Assembly: GCA_902623685.1 (NCBI GenBank)
Contig: CACNUQ010000004.1
Location: forward strand, 25,590 to 89,589
DNA: 64,000 nucleotides
Direction of reading: 5' to 3'
Source: an uncultured SAR86 cluster bacterium
GTDB taxonomy: Bacteria > Pseudomonadota > Gammaproteobacteria > Magnimaribacterales > D2472
Each line of letters begins with the position of its first letter. Within the stretch, counting starts at the first letter, position 1. Shown piece by piece: positions 29,178 through 38,473 of the stretch. Under the pieces are notes generated by a model. The model made no database searches. It saw nothing but the letters and a program-made list of their open reading frames with translations, and had not been told where the DNA came from. Position numbers and translations under genes: made by a program.

Positions 29178-30721
29178 AATCATTAACAAAACTTACTATT
29201 CCTGATCTTATTAAGCATCAAGCCAAGAACTTTTCTTCAAAGCCTGCATTGATTTCTGATGATGAAACATTAACTTTTTCAGATTTAGATAAATTATCAA
29301 CCAACATTGCATCCCACATTATCAATCTAGGTATTCTGCCTGGAGATCGTGTAGCTATTTGGGCCCCAAATATGAATGAATGGGTTCTTGCAGGCATTGC
29401 AATTCACAAGGCAGGAGGAGTTTTAGTACCTATAAACACAAGAATGAAAGGTAAAGAGGCGGCGTACATATTAAATAATGCAGAAGCCAAAATTTTGTTT
29501 AGTGTTAAAACTTTTCTTGGAACCAATTACTTTAAATTATTGGAAAACGAAGAACTGCCTCATCTTCAACATCAAATTTCACTTGATGAAAATCATCTTA
29601 GTGACCAAATTAAATCTATCGGGAGCATAAAAGAGCATGCGTCAGAGGCTAAATTTCCTGAAATCAACGAATCAGATATGGCCGATATAATCTTTACCTC
29701 CGGTACGACTGGTAAACCCAAAGGGGTAATGTCGACTCATGTACAAAATATTAAAGTTTTTGATTATTGGTCATCTTATATTGGCTTGAATGAAAAAGAT
29801 CAGTATTTAATTGTTAATCCTTTTTTTCATACTTTTGGCTACAAGGCTGGATGGCTTGCGTCTATTATGAGAGGTGCCACTGCATATCCATGTCCTGTTT
29901 TTGATGCAGATAAGATCATTGAGATAATTAATAAAGAAAAAATCTCGATGCTTCCTGGTCCACCAACTCTCTATCAATCTATTCTTACAAGCAATTTAAT
30001 AGAAACAATGGATATATCTTCATTGAGATTAGGAGTCACTGGGGCAGCATCTATCCCCGTTCAGCTAATTAAAGATATGAAAGAAAAGTTAGGTTTTGAC
30101 ACTGTTATAACAGCCTATGGGCTTACAGAAAGTACTGGCGTGGTGACTATGTGCACGCCTGATGATGATTATAAGACTATTGCAACAACTTCAGGCTGTG
30201 CCATTGCAGATGTAGAGGTTAAATGTGTGAATCAAGATGGTCAAGATATTCCAGCTGGCGAACCTGGAGAGATTTTAGTAAGAGGTTACAACATCACTAA
30301 AGGATATTTTAATAATCCTGAGGCCACTCAAGAAGCAATAGATGATGACGGTTGGCTGCATACAGGGGATATAGGAATACTTGACGAAAATGGCTATATA
30401 AAAATTACCGACAGAAGTAAGGATATGTTTATCGTTGGTGGTTTCAATGCTTATCCGGCTGAAATTGAAAATATTCTATGTGATCATCCTTCAATTTCGC
30501 AAGCGGCTGTTATTGGGATTGAGGATGAAAGAATGGGAGAAGTTGCTAAGGCATTTGTTGTCTTAAAACCTGATCAAGATTTAAATTCTGATAGCCTTAT
30601 TGAGTGGTCTAAAGAAAATATGGCAAATTATAAGGTCCCAAGGATCGTAGAGTTCGTGCAGGAGTTACCAACAAATGCTGCAGGAAAAATTATGAAATAT
30701 CTTTTAAAGGATAGTTCATGA
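29156..30721 (+). CDS. Acyl-CoA synthetase (AMP-forming; FadD3/ScdA-like candidate)
   Basis: AMP-binding motif FTSGTTGKPKGV, YGLTE, GWLHTGDIG and a C-terminal Lys region (GKIMK). Confidence 0.8.
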   Translation: MGEDTRLKSLTKLTIPDLIKHQAKNFSSKPALISDDETLTFSDLDKLSTNIASHIINLGILPGDRVAIWAPNMNEWVLAGIAIHKAGGVLVPINTRMKGKEAAYILNNAEAKILFSVKTFLGTNYFKLLENEELPHLQHQISLDENHLSDQIKSIGSIKEHASEAKFPEINESDMADIIFTSGTTGKPKGVMSTHVQNIKVFDYWSSYIGLNEKDQYLIVNPFFHTFGYKAGWLASIMRGATAYPCPVFDADKIIEIINKEKISMLPGPPTLYQSILTSNLIETMDISSLRLGVTGAASIPVQLIKDMKEKLGFDTVITAYGLTESTGVVTMCTPDDDYKTIATTSGCAIADVEVKCVNQDGQDIPAGEPGEILVRGYNITKGYFNNPEATQEAIDDDGWLHTGDIGILDENGYIKITDRSKDMFIVGGFNAYPAEIENILCDHPSISQAAVIGIEDERMGEVAKAFVVLKPDQDLNSDSLIEWSKENMANYKVPRIVEFVQELPTNAAGKIMKYLLKDSS

Positions 30722-31692
30722 GAATTGTTATTTCTCAAGATAATAATAAATTATATAAGTCTGCGTTGCTTGCGTTTGATCCCTCAATGGAAATAATCGC
30801 ACTGAATCCCCTAGACTGCACTAATCCAGATTGGGAAACTATCCCAGAATCAGATGCTTTATTCATGTGTTATCAATTTTTGTTTGCTGCTAGAGATAAC
30901 CTTGATATTCATGATGCCTTATTGAGTTTGGCCAAAAGAATGAAATTTCTTCAAAGTGGCTTTGCTGGCATGGACGCACCAATACTACAAGACATTTTAA
31001 AAATTGAAAATGTTCACATTGCTAATGCGAGCAGTGTTTATGCCATTCCAATTGCCCATTATGTTTTTTCACAAATTCTTAGATGGAACAAAAGAATCGA
31101 TCATCACATCGAATATCAGCAATCAAAAAACTGGGCTCCTATAGCAGGAGATGGCGAACTTACTAACAAAACCCTTGTGATTCTTGGCTATGGGGGCATT
31201 GGTAGTCAGGTTGCAAAGTTAGGCAAAGCTTTTGGAATGAGGGTAACTGGAATCAGACGTAATCCGCAAGATGATGAGCATGCTGATGAAGTATTGGGGT
31301 TGGATCGGTTTGAGGAGTTACTGCCTTTAACTGATTACTTGGTACTTGCATTACCAGATAGCCCCCAAACAAGAGACATTATTAATGCAGATATTTTAGA
31401 AAAACTTAATACCTCTGCCATGATAATTAATGTGGGTCGCGGGACTGCAATTAATGAGGTTGATTTAGCGGATGCATTGAATAACGGAAAAATTGCCGCT
31501 GCAGCTCTAGACACCACCAAGATTGAACCTCTAGATACTAATTCTTCTCTTTGGATGGCCAAGAATTGTTTTATTTCAGCTCACGACTCAGCTCATTCAT
31601 TATTATCTTTAGGTCGTGCATTTGAGTTATTTTTTCAGAATATTAAAAATATTAAGAACAGCGATAGAGTAATAAATCTTTATTCAGAATAA
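30718..31692 (+). CDS. D-isomer-specific 2-hydroxyacid dehydrogenase family, NAD-binding
   Basis: VILGYGGIGSQVAKLGKAFGMRVTGIRR (G-x-G-x-x-G), INVGRGTAINEVDL, and a His near the C-terminus (SAHDSAH). Confidence 0.75.
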   Translation: MRIVISQDNNKLYKSALLAFDPSMEIIALNPLDCTNPDWETIPESDALFMCYQFLFAARDNLDIHDALLSLAKRMKFLQSGFAGMDAPILQDILKIENVHIANASSVYAIPIAHYVFSQILRWNKRIDHHIEYQQSKNWAPIAGDGELTNKTLVILGYGGIGSQVAKLGKAFGMRVTGIRRNPQDDEHADEVLGLDRFEELLPLTDYLVLALPDSPQTRDIINADILEKLNTSAMIINVGRGTAINEVDLADALNNGKIAAAALDTTKIEPLDTNSSLWMAKNCFISAHDSAHSLLSLGRAFELFFQNIKNIKNSDRVINLYSE

Positions 31693-31751
31693 ACTGAAAT
31701 GCTTGTTATCACTTATGATATTTCTATCAGGCCTAAATAAGATTAAATTAC

Positions 31752-32327
31752 TTATAAACTTAAATATCTTCGCTCTGGAGGAAGAGGGGTATTTAGAAAA
31801 GTGAAAAAGTAATGTACCAAAATAAGAATAGTTATATCTCCATTGCTTTCTAGTAACTTGCTTAGTCCTAGTCCACCGACAAAAGCAAAAAAACAATTTA
31901 TAAATTTCCAGCGCAGTGTCACATAATGAATGCTTGCAAAAAGAAAATTACTAAACAGAACCGCAGCCATCATCCCAAATGCGCCACTTAACAAAAATGG
32001 TAATAGCATCCTAAAAGCAAATTCCTCAACTATAGAAATTAATAGCAGGTAAGTTAACCAAGCTAAATGAATTCGTTCAATTTTATGCCCTTTGATTAAG
32101 TAGAAGAAAATAAAAAAAAATAACAGAGCAGATAGAACAAAAAAATAAAAAATAGGAGAAGATTTAAGTGGTTCTAAATAGATGCTACTTGCTATCAAAT
32201 CAATAGATAACAAAATGCAAACTCCTGCTATGAGTGACATGGTTAACAAATGACGAGTTATTACTTGATGAAATGAAACTATGAGAGAGTTTTGGTCTCT
32301 AGCCGGACGTTGCAGTTTTCTTTTCAA
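31752..32327 (-). CDS. CPBP family intramembrane glutamic endopeptidase (CAAX protease-like)
   Basis: Polytopic membrane ORF with EEFAFRMLL (E-E-x-x-x-R) and FSNFLFASIHY (F-x-x-x-H) motifs. Confidence 0.75.
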   Translation of the reverse strand: MKRKLQRPARDQNSLIVSFHQVITRHLLTMSLIAGVCILLSIDLIASSIYLEPLKSSPIFYFFVLSALLFFFIFFYLIKGHKIERIHLAWLTYLLLISIVEEFAFRMLLPFLLSGAFGMMAAVLFSNFLFASIHYVTLRWKFINCFFAFVGGLGLSKLLESNGDITILILVHYFFTFLNTPLPPERRYLSL

Positions 32328-32332
32328 ATTTA

Positions 32333-32407
32333 TGGTGCCCTCTCCAGGAATCGAACCTAGAACTACTCCTTAGGAGGGAGTTGTTATATCCGTTTAACTA
32401 AGAAGGC
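32333..32407 (-). tRNA. tRNA-Arg (anticodon CCT), CCA encoded
   Basis: Reverse complement folds: acceptor GCCTTCT/AGAGGGC (one G-U), anticodon arm ACTCC-CTCCTAA-GGAGT, T arm with GGTTCGATTCC, 3' ACCA. Confidence 0.85.
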
Positions 32408-32413
32408 AGTTTT

Positions 32414-32707
32414 TTAAGCGTTGGTTATATCAAATATTCTTATTGTTGGACCTTCTGAGCACATCTCAGTAACAGCAGTAATAGTTCCGTCTTCAGTCCT
32501 AAAAGCAAGATATTTTTCATAATGCTCTTTTGAATCCCAAACTTCTGTAAGAACATAATTATGCTTATTTTCAACATTGAAAGTTAAATTAATATTTTGA
32601 CAGCCATCAAAAGCACGAGTTACCTTGAATGCATCAGTACAAATTTCTTCAAATTGATCAGCTAGACCTTCTTTTAAAGTTCCTTCTAATAAAACACTTA
32701 CTGTCAT
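32414..32707 (-). CDS. Antibiotic-biosynthesis-monooxygenase (ABM) domain protein
   Basis: Start placed at MTVSVLLEG, preceded by AGGAG (track start at 32740 is also possible). About 98 aa with a ferredoxin-like ABM pattern (LTEVWDSKEHYEKY). Confidence 0.6.
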   Translation of the reverse strand: MTVSVLLEGTLKEGLADQFEEICTDAFKVTRAFDGCQNINLTFNVENKHNYVLTEVWDSKEHYEKYLAFRTEDGTITAVTEMCSEGPTIRIFDITNA

Positions 32708-32829
32708 GACATTTTCTCCTAAATTTTTTAATTTCAACATATTAAATTAAAGCCACAGTAATGAAAAGTTATAGTTAAAATATACCTTTAAGCTTAAAAA
32801 TATTAGAATAGTGCGCAAGGGCTATTAGC

Positions 32830-34773
32830 ATGAGCAAAGAAATAACAATCACACTTCCTGATGGATCTCAGAAACAAGCTCCTATTGGTGTAAGCGGTCA
32901 TGAGATTGCTAGCATGATTGGGGTAGGACTTGCAAAAGCAGCTATTGCATTTAGTGTTGATGGCAATCAAAGGGATTTGAGTGATACTGTTAGTAAGGAC
33001 GCAGATATTTCTATATACACACTTGATTCAGATGAAGGCCTTGAAATTATGCGTCATACAGTTGCAGCGCAAGTGTTAGCACGCGCAATTAAAAACTTAT
33101 ATCCAAAAGCCAAGTTAGCTATCGGTCCAACCATTGAAAATGGCTTTTATTATGATTTTCTATCTGATGAAAGAGTCTCTATAGACGATTTACCAAAAAT
33201 TGAGAAAGAGATGAAGAAGATTGTTGCGGAAAAGTCTAATATTTCTAAAACGATTCATTCGAAGAAAGAAGCAATAAAGAATTTTGCTGACATCAACGAA
33301 GATTACAAAGTTAAGATCATCGAAGAGTCTGAGCAAGAAGATAACTTTCAACTTTATAGTCAGGGCGATACTGGTTTTATTGATTTGTGTAGAGGCCCTC
33401 ATCTACCAAGCCTAGATAAAGTTGGAGCTTTTAAACTTACCAAAATTGCTGGTGCCTATTGGAAGGGGGATTCAAAAAATGAAATGCTTTCACGCATTTA
33501 TGGAACCGCATGGAAAAATGAAAAAGATCTTAAAAAGCATTTAACTCTTATCGAAGAGGCAGAAAAGCGCGATCATCGAAAACTTGCCAAAGAAATGGAT
33601 TTGTTTCATTTGCAAGAAGAGGCGCCTGGAATGGTTTTTTGGCATGCAAAAGGATGGTCTATGTATGTAGCTTTGCAAGATTATGTCCGCAGAAAACAAA
33701 TTGCTAATGGTTATGAAGAGATTAATACTCCCATGGTTGTTGATCGAAAGCTTTGGGAGGCCTCTGGCCATTGGGATAAGTATCGCGAAAATATGTTCAT
33801 TACTGAAATTGATGAAGAGCATGCGAATGAAAAGAGAGTGAATGCACTTAAGCCGATGAATTGTCCATGTCATGTGCAGGTTTACAATCAGGGCCTTAAA
33901 TCTTACAGAGATCTTCCAGTCAGGCTTGCTGAGTTCGGATCATGTCATAGATACGAAGCTTCCGGCACTATGCATGGTTTAATGAGAGTGCGTGGTTTTA
34001 CGCAAGATGATGGACATATCTTTTGTACTGAGGATCAAATAGAAAGTGAAACTGCTGAATTTATAACGTTGCTGTCTGAAATATACACTGAGCTTGGGTT
34101 CGATTCTTTTGATATTAAATTATCAACAAGACCCGAAACAAGAGTTGGCTCTGATGAAGTTTGGGATAAGGCAGAAGCAGCTTTAGAATCTGCAATCAAA
34201 AAACTTGATATTCCTTATACAATTGAAGCCGGAGAGGGAGCCTTTTATGGTCCAAAACTCGATTTTGTTTTAACTGATGCAATTGGTCGCGAATGGCAAT
34301 GTGGAACTTTTCAAGCAGATTTTAATCTTCCAGACAGACTTGATGCAGAATATATCGGTGAAGATGGTTCAAAACATAAACCGGTAATGATGCATAGAGC
34401 AATCCTAGGTTCTTTTGAAAGGTTCATTGGAATTTTAATTGAAAACTATTCTGGTAAATTGCCCCTCTGGTTGGCTCCTACACAGTTAGCCATATTGACT
34501 GTGACTGAAGAAGTAAATTGGTATGCGGAAACTCTAAAGGAAAAATTTGATGAGTTTAATCTTAGAGTTGATTTAGATTTAAGAAATGAAAAAATAGGTT
34601 ATAAAATCAGAGAGCACAGTAATGCCAAAGTACCTTTTATGGCCGTTATTGGAAAAGAAGAGATGTCTGCTCAGACAGTTTCGATTCGTAATTTAAGTGA
34701 AAATAAAACAGATACTTACGCTATTGACGAGGCTGTTTCGAAATTATCAGAGGAATCTAAAAGTCCTAACTAG
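32830..34773 (+). CDS. thrS: Threonine--tRNA ligase
   Basis: 647 aa. TGS-like N-terminus, class II motifs (RDHRKL, FRYEASGTMHGLMRVRGFTQDDGHIF, GAFYGPK), anticodon-binding C-terminus. Confidence 0.95.
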   Translation: MSKEITITLPDGSQKQAPIGVSGHEIASMIGVGLAKAAIAFSVDGNQRDLSDTVSKDADISIYTLDSDEGLEIMRHTVAAQVLARAIKNLYPKAKLAIGPTIENGFYYDFLSDERVSIDDLPKIEKEMKKIVAEKSNISKTIHSKKEAIKNFADINEDYKVKIIEESEQEDNFQLYSQGDTGFIDLCRGPHLPSLDKVGAFKLTKIAGAYWKGDSKNEMLSRIYGTAWKNEKDLKKHLTLIEEAEKRDHRKLAKEMDLFHLQEEAPGMVFWHAKGWSMYVALQDYVRRKQIANGYEEINTPMVVDRKLWEASGHWDKYRENMFITEIDEEHANEKRVNALKPMNCPCHVQVYNQGLKSYRDLPVRLAEFGSCHRYEASGTMHGLMRVRGFTQDDGHIFCTEDQIESETAEFITLLSEIYTELGFDSFDIKLSTRPETRVGSDEVWDKAEAALESAIKKLDIPYTIEAGEGAFYGPKLDFVLTDAIGREWQCGTFQADFNLPDRLDAEYIGEDGSKHKPVMMHRAILGSFERFIGILIENYSGKLPLWLAPTQLAILTVTEEVNWYAETLKEKFDEFNLRVDLDLRNEKIGYKIREHSNAKVPFMAVIGKEEMSAQTVSIRNLSENKTDTYAIDEAVSKLSEESKSPN

Positions 34774-35173
34774 GCTCAACTCTCCAACCCTCTCTGTCAA
34801 ATACCCTTAGGTAAGTAAGTTGATCATGTTCAGATTCATTCACAACTTTTACAAAGTCACCTGATTGGACAAGAATTACATCTCCGGCAGTTAATTCAAA
34901 TGAGTCTTGATGTTCGATCCCCTGGCTTGGATCTGTACCATGACCTTCTTCTGAATTCATATATTCAATGACTTCCATTAAGCCTCTTCCATTAACAATT
35001 ATATAAACAACGTCAGAGTCACTGAGCCTGTGCCCAATAGTTGATTTGCCTGGCTGAATTACTGTTTTACTTGCAATTATTTTACCCAGCAAATCGTTGG
35101 TCCAAACTGAATAATCATCAGTAACCTTGTAAGGAGATCCTCCTACTCTAAAATTTACGTATTTTTTAGCCAT
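34766..35173 (-). CDS. Cupin domain protein
   Basis: 135 aa with a beta-barrel-like pattern (VIQPGKSTIGHRL...GDVILVQSGDFVKVVNES). Its 3' end overlaps thrS convergently by 8 nt. Confidence 0.5.
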   Translation of the reverse strand: MAKKYVNFRVGGSPYKVTDDYSVWTNDLLGKIIASKTVIQPGKSTIGHRLSDSDVVYIIVNGRGLMEVIEYMNSEEGHGTDPSQGIEHQDSFELTAGDVILVQSGDFVKVVNESEHDQLTYLRVFDREGWRVEPS

Positions 35174-35394
35174 AATTAACCTTTAAATTAAATGTGTAGT
35201 GCATTGAAAAATATTTCTATTAGATTGTCAATAAAATAGAAATTAGCTGTATATTCAATCTTTTTAGCAATTTTATTTTGTAGTTGAATTACGAAATTAA
35301 ATTCATTAGATTAATTATTAAATTCAAATATAATAGTGAATTATTAAGATAACACAATCTAATTTCATTTTAATTAGATCTACTGGAGAAATTG

Positions 35395-36693
35395 ATGAGT
35401 GATAAAAAGTATACAAATCCTGCAACTATCGCATTGCACACTGGTTGGAGAAAAGATGAAACTACTAATTCAGTAACAGTTCCAATTCATATGACATCTA
35501 GCTATCAATTTGATAGCACTGATCATGCGGCAAATTTATTTGCATTGGGTGAGCTGGGCAATATTTACTCAAGAATCATGAATCCAACAAATGCAGTATT
35601 TGAAGATAGAATCGCTGCACTAGAGGGAGGAGTTGCTGCTTTAGGACTGGCTTCAGGGCAGGGTGCATCAGCTTATGCAATCCAAAATTTATGTAGTCAC
35701 GGTGATAATTTTGTTGCCTCCTCGCAACTTTATGGCGGTACATACAACCAATTTAAAAATCCTTTTTCTGATATGGGTATAGAAGTTAGATTCGTTGATC
35801 CATCTGATCCTCAGAATTTTGCAGATGCTACAGATGATAGAACCAGAGCATATTATGGAGAAGTCCTTCCTAATCCAAGTTTTCAAGTATTTCCTTTGCA
35901 AGAGGTTGCAGATATTGGTAGACCACTTGGAATTCCATTGATTGTCGATAATACTGCAGCACCTTTAATCTGTAGGCCATTTGATCATGGCGCATCAATA
36001 ATTGTTCATTCTGCAACAAAATATATAGGTGGTCATGGAACTTCCATTGGTGGAGTGATTGTTGATGGAGGTAATTTTGATTGGGAGGCGCATCCAAAAA
36101 GACAACCAAAGCTTAATGAGCCTGATCCCAATTATGATGGGGTAGTTTGGACAGAAGCTGTAAAACCCTTAGGTCCAATAGCATATATTCTAAAAGCCAG
36201 AACAACTCTTCTCAGAGACATGGGCGCTGCAATGAGTCCATTTAATGCTTTTATGTTTATTCAAGGGTTAGAAACATTAAGTATAAGAATGAGAGAGCAT
36301 TCTGCAAATGGTCAAAAAGTTGCTGAATACCTTGATAAGCATCCTATGGTTGAAAGAGTTGCTTATCCAGGAACTTCTACTGGCTTAGCAAAAGAAAGAT
36401 CTGATAAATACTTATCAGAAGGTTGTGGTGGACTTCTAGGTTTTGAAATTAAAGGCGGTTTAGAGGCTGGTAAAAAATTTATTAACTCGCTTGAGATGCT
36501 CTATCATGTTGCAAATATTGGAGATGCTAGGAGTTTAGCAATTCATCCTGCAAGCACCACTCACTCTCAACTTAATGAAGAGGAACTCACATCAGCTGGT
36601 GTAAGCCCTGGTTATGTTAGGCTATCAATTGGTCTTGAGCACGTTGACGATATAATTGCAGATATTGAGCAGGCATTCTCAAAAGCTGAATAA
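35395..36693 (+). CDS. metY: O-acetylhomoserine sulfhydrylase (PLP-dependent, Cys/Met metabolism family)
   Basis: ATG at 35395 after GGAGAA (track start at 35392 is a TTG). YSRIMNPT and SATKYIGGHG (PLP lysine) follow the MetY/MetZ pattern. Confidence 0.85.
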   Translation: MSDKKYTNPATIALHTGWRKDETTNSVTVPIHMTSSYQFDSTDHAANLFALGELGNIYSRIMNPTNAVFEDRIAALEGGVAALGLASGQGASAYAIQNLCSHGDNFVASSQLYGGTYNQFKNPFSDMGIEVRFVDPSDPQNFADATDDRTRAYYGEVLPNPSFQVFPLQEVADIGRPLGIPLIVDNTAAPLICRPFDHGASIIVHSATKYIGGHGTSIGGVIVDGGNFDWEAHPKRQPKLNEPDPNYDGVVWTEAVKPLGPIAYILKARTTLLRDMGAAMSPFNAFMFIQGLETLSIRMREHSANGQKVAEYLDKHPMVERVAYPGTSTGLAKERSDKYLSEGCGGLLGFEIKGGLEAGKKFINSLEMLYHVANIGDARSLAIHPASTTHSQLNEEELTSAGVSPGYVRLSIGLEHVDDIIADIEQAFSKAE

Positions 36694-36699
36694 TTCAGT

Positions 36700-37215
36700 G
36701 TGATAAGAGATTTTCCCTATGTCACATACATAATTATTGGCTCAAAAGAAAGGCTCTCAAAAGTTAAATCTTATCAAATCGAGGAAGGGGTTGAGTGTTT
36801 GCTTTGCCCTTTCTCTTCTATAGAAGAGCTTCCATCTTTACTAGATTCTAAAATTGCAGAACTACAATCTGAGGTAATCTCAATAATTCCCGCTGGAGCT
36901 TTTCCAAAAAAGCTTGCTAGAAAACAGCTATTACATTTTTCAAAAAGTAAATATCAATTTTGGGGCTGGTATCATTTTGGAAATAAATTTAAAGGCGCAC
37001 TTCAGAGCATTGGAAAGTTAAATACATTTTTTAATAAAGTGCCTCAAGTTGAACAGGGAATTTTTTTTACCAAATCATTGTATTTCTCTGTAGGTGGCTT
37101 AGGAGAAACTGGCACTAATCCATTTTCAGAGCTAGCAAGAAGATTTTATCTTCGATTAGATCCACAAAATCCACTTCCATCCCTTACAATAAGAGCAAAA
37201 TCTATTCTAAATTAA
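36700..37215 (+). CDS. Hypothetical protein (weak resemblance to the C-terminal part of GT-A-type glycosyltransferase-like proteins)
   Basis: GTG-initiated 171-aa ORF. Only the EQGIFFTKSLYFSVGGLGE...FSELARRF segment looks family-like. Assignment is weak. Confidence 0.35.
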   Translation: MIRDFPYVTYIIIGSKERLSKVKSYQIEEGVECLLCPFSSIEELPSLLDSKIAELQSEVISIIPAGAFPKKLARKQLLHFSKSKYQFWGWYHFGNKFKGALQSIGKLNTFFNKVPQVEQGIFFTKSLYFSVGGLGETGTNPFSELARRFYLRLDPQNPLPSLTIRAKSILN

Positions 37216-37221
37216 TAACCT

Positions 37222-37806
37222 ATGAAGCTTATTTCAGCTCAAAATATCTCATACAGAATAAATGAAAAAATGCTTTTTCATAATCTTTCATTAGAAGTGT
37301 GTTCAGGTGAAGGCCTTCATATCAAAGGACGCAATGGTTCTGGCAAAAGCACTTTGCTAAAGATTCTTTTAGGAATAACTTCTGTATCAAAGGGACTAAT
37401 TGAATATAAAAATCAAGATTTAAAGATTTCCTATCTTGGTCATAAAAATGCAATCAAGAATTACTTAACACCAGCTCAAAATCTGCAGTTGTTTTTCGAT
37501 GACCTTTCTTTGACTAATGCATTTAAATGGTTAGAAAAGCTAGATTTATATCAAGTTCAAGATGAGCTTACGGCTAACTTGTCTTTTGGTCAGCAAAAAA
37601 AATTGGCATTAATAAGAGTTTTAGCTCAATCTTCAGAATTAATTGTTCTTGATGAGCCTTTTGTCGGCTTAGACAAGGCTGCAAGCGAACTATTGAACAG
37701 TTTTTTTCATCAAAAATTATCTGAGGGAACTGGACTAATTCTCACCTCACACATACAACCAAGCGTTGAATGCCAAGTTATTGAATTAGACAAAACAAAT
37801 GTTTAG
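37222..37806 (+). CDS. ccmA: Heme exporter ATP-binding protein CcmA
   Basis: Walker A GRNGSGKST, signature LSFGQQKK, Walker B LIVLDEP. First gene of the ccm operon. Confidence 0.85.
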   Translation: MKLISAQNISYRINEKMLFHNLSLEVCSGEGLHIKGRNGSGKSTLLKILLGITSVSKGLIEYKNQDLKISYLGHKNAIKNYLTPAQNLQLFFDDLSLTNAFKWLEKLDLYQVQDELTANLSFGQQKKLALIRVLAQSSELIVLDEPFVGLDKAASELLNSFFHQKLSEGTGLILTSHIQPSVECQVIELDKTNV

Positions 37807-38449
37807 GTTAATTAAGATAGAATCTTCAAAATTATTTTACAAACTGAAGTCATGGTTAGGACCTATGTTAATAATGATTCTTGTTTTGACGGCATTTCCT
37901 TTGAGTATAGATATTTCTCAATTTGATCTAGAAAAGTTTTATTTTTCAATTATCGTTGTTTCTTTATTAATGACATCATTTTTAGCAACTGAGGGGATGT
38001 TTGAAGAAGATTATGAAGATGGATCACTTGAGCAAGAATATCTTGTAGAAAAAGATTTTTATAAAGTTGTGTTGTCTAAAATATTTGTATATGTTTGTTT
38101 CATTGGTGTTCCAATTGCCTTTATTGGCGCAATATTTTCCTTTGCTAATGGAGTAGCAATTGGAAATTTTATTAATGTATTTATATCGCTAAGCCTTTCA
38201 AATCTTTTATTATTTAATTTGTTTGCATTCGGCAATGCATTGTCAATTAATAAAGGAGCTATGTTGGGAATTCTAACTACTTTGCCACTTGCCTTGCCAG
38301 TGATTATTTTATTAGGAACGGCAATAAGAAGTATTCAATACGGAAACAGTTTTTTAGAAATAATTTCTTTGATGATAGGAATGGGCTTTTTGATTTCCGC
38401 TATCATGCCATTAATTATCTCAACCACACTAAAAACACATATAGATTAA
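37799..38449 (+). CDS. ccmB: Heme exporter membrane protein CcmB
   Basis: 216-aa polytopic membrane ORF between ccmA and ccmC, with the FEEDYEDGSLEQ motif region typical of CcmB. Confidence 0.8.
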   Translation: MFRLIKIESSKLFYKLKSWLGPMLIMILVLTAFPLSIDISQFDLEKFYFSIIVVSLLMTSFLATEGMFEEDYEDGSLEQEYLVEKDFYKVVLSKIFVYVCFIGVPIAFIGAIFSFANGVAIGNFINVFISLSLSNLLLFNLFAFGNALSINKGAMLGILTTLPLALPVIILLGTAIRSIQYGNSFLEIISLMIGMGFLISAIMPLIISTTLKTHID

Positions 38450-38473
38450 CCAAGTTGGGTTTATAATACCGTT

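Noticed and set aside
9989-32407. The catabolic operon as a tRNA-Arg-associated genomic island.
   Set aside because: There is no integrase or transposase. No direct repeat of the tRNA-Arg 3' end is visible near 9989-10173. Base composition and codon style look the same as in the flanking housekeeping genes.
35174-35394. A SAM-II/SAM-V-type riboswitch upstream of metY, as known for some marine bacteria.
   Set aside because: I could not find a convincing pseudoknot-forming consensus by eye. The only GCAUUG-like element lies about 190 nt from the start codon rather than at the SD. This is left as a question for a covariance-model scan.
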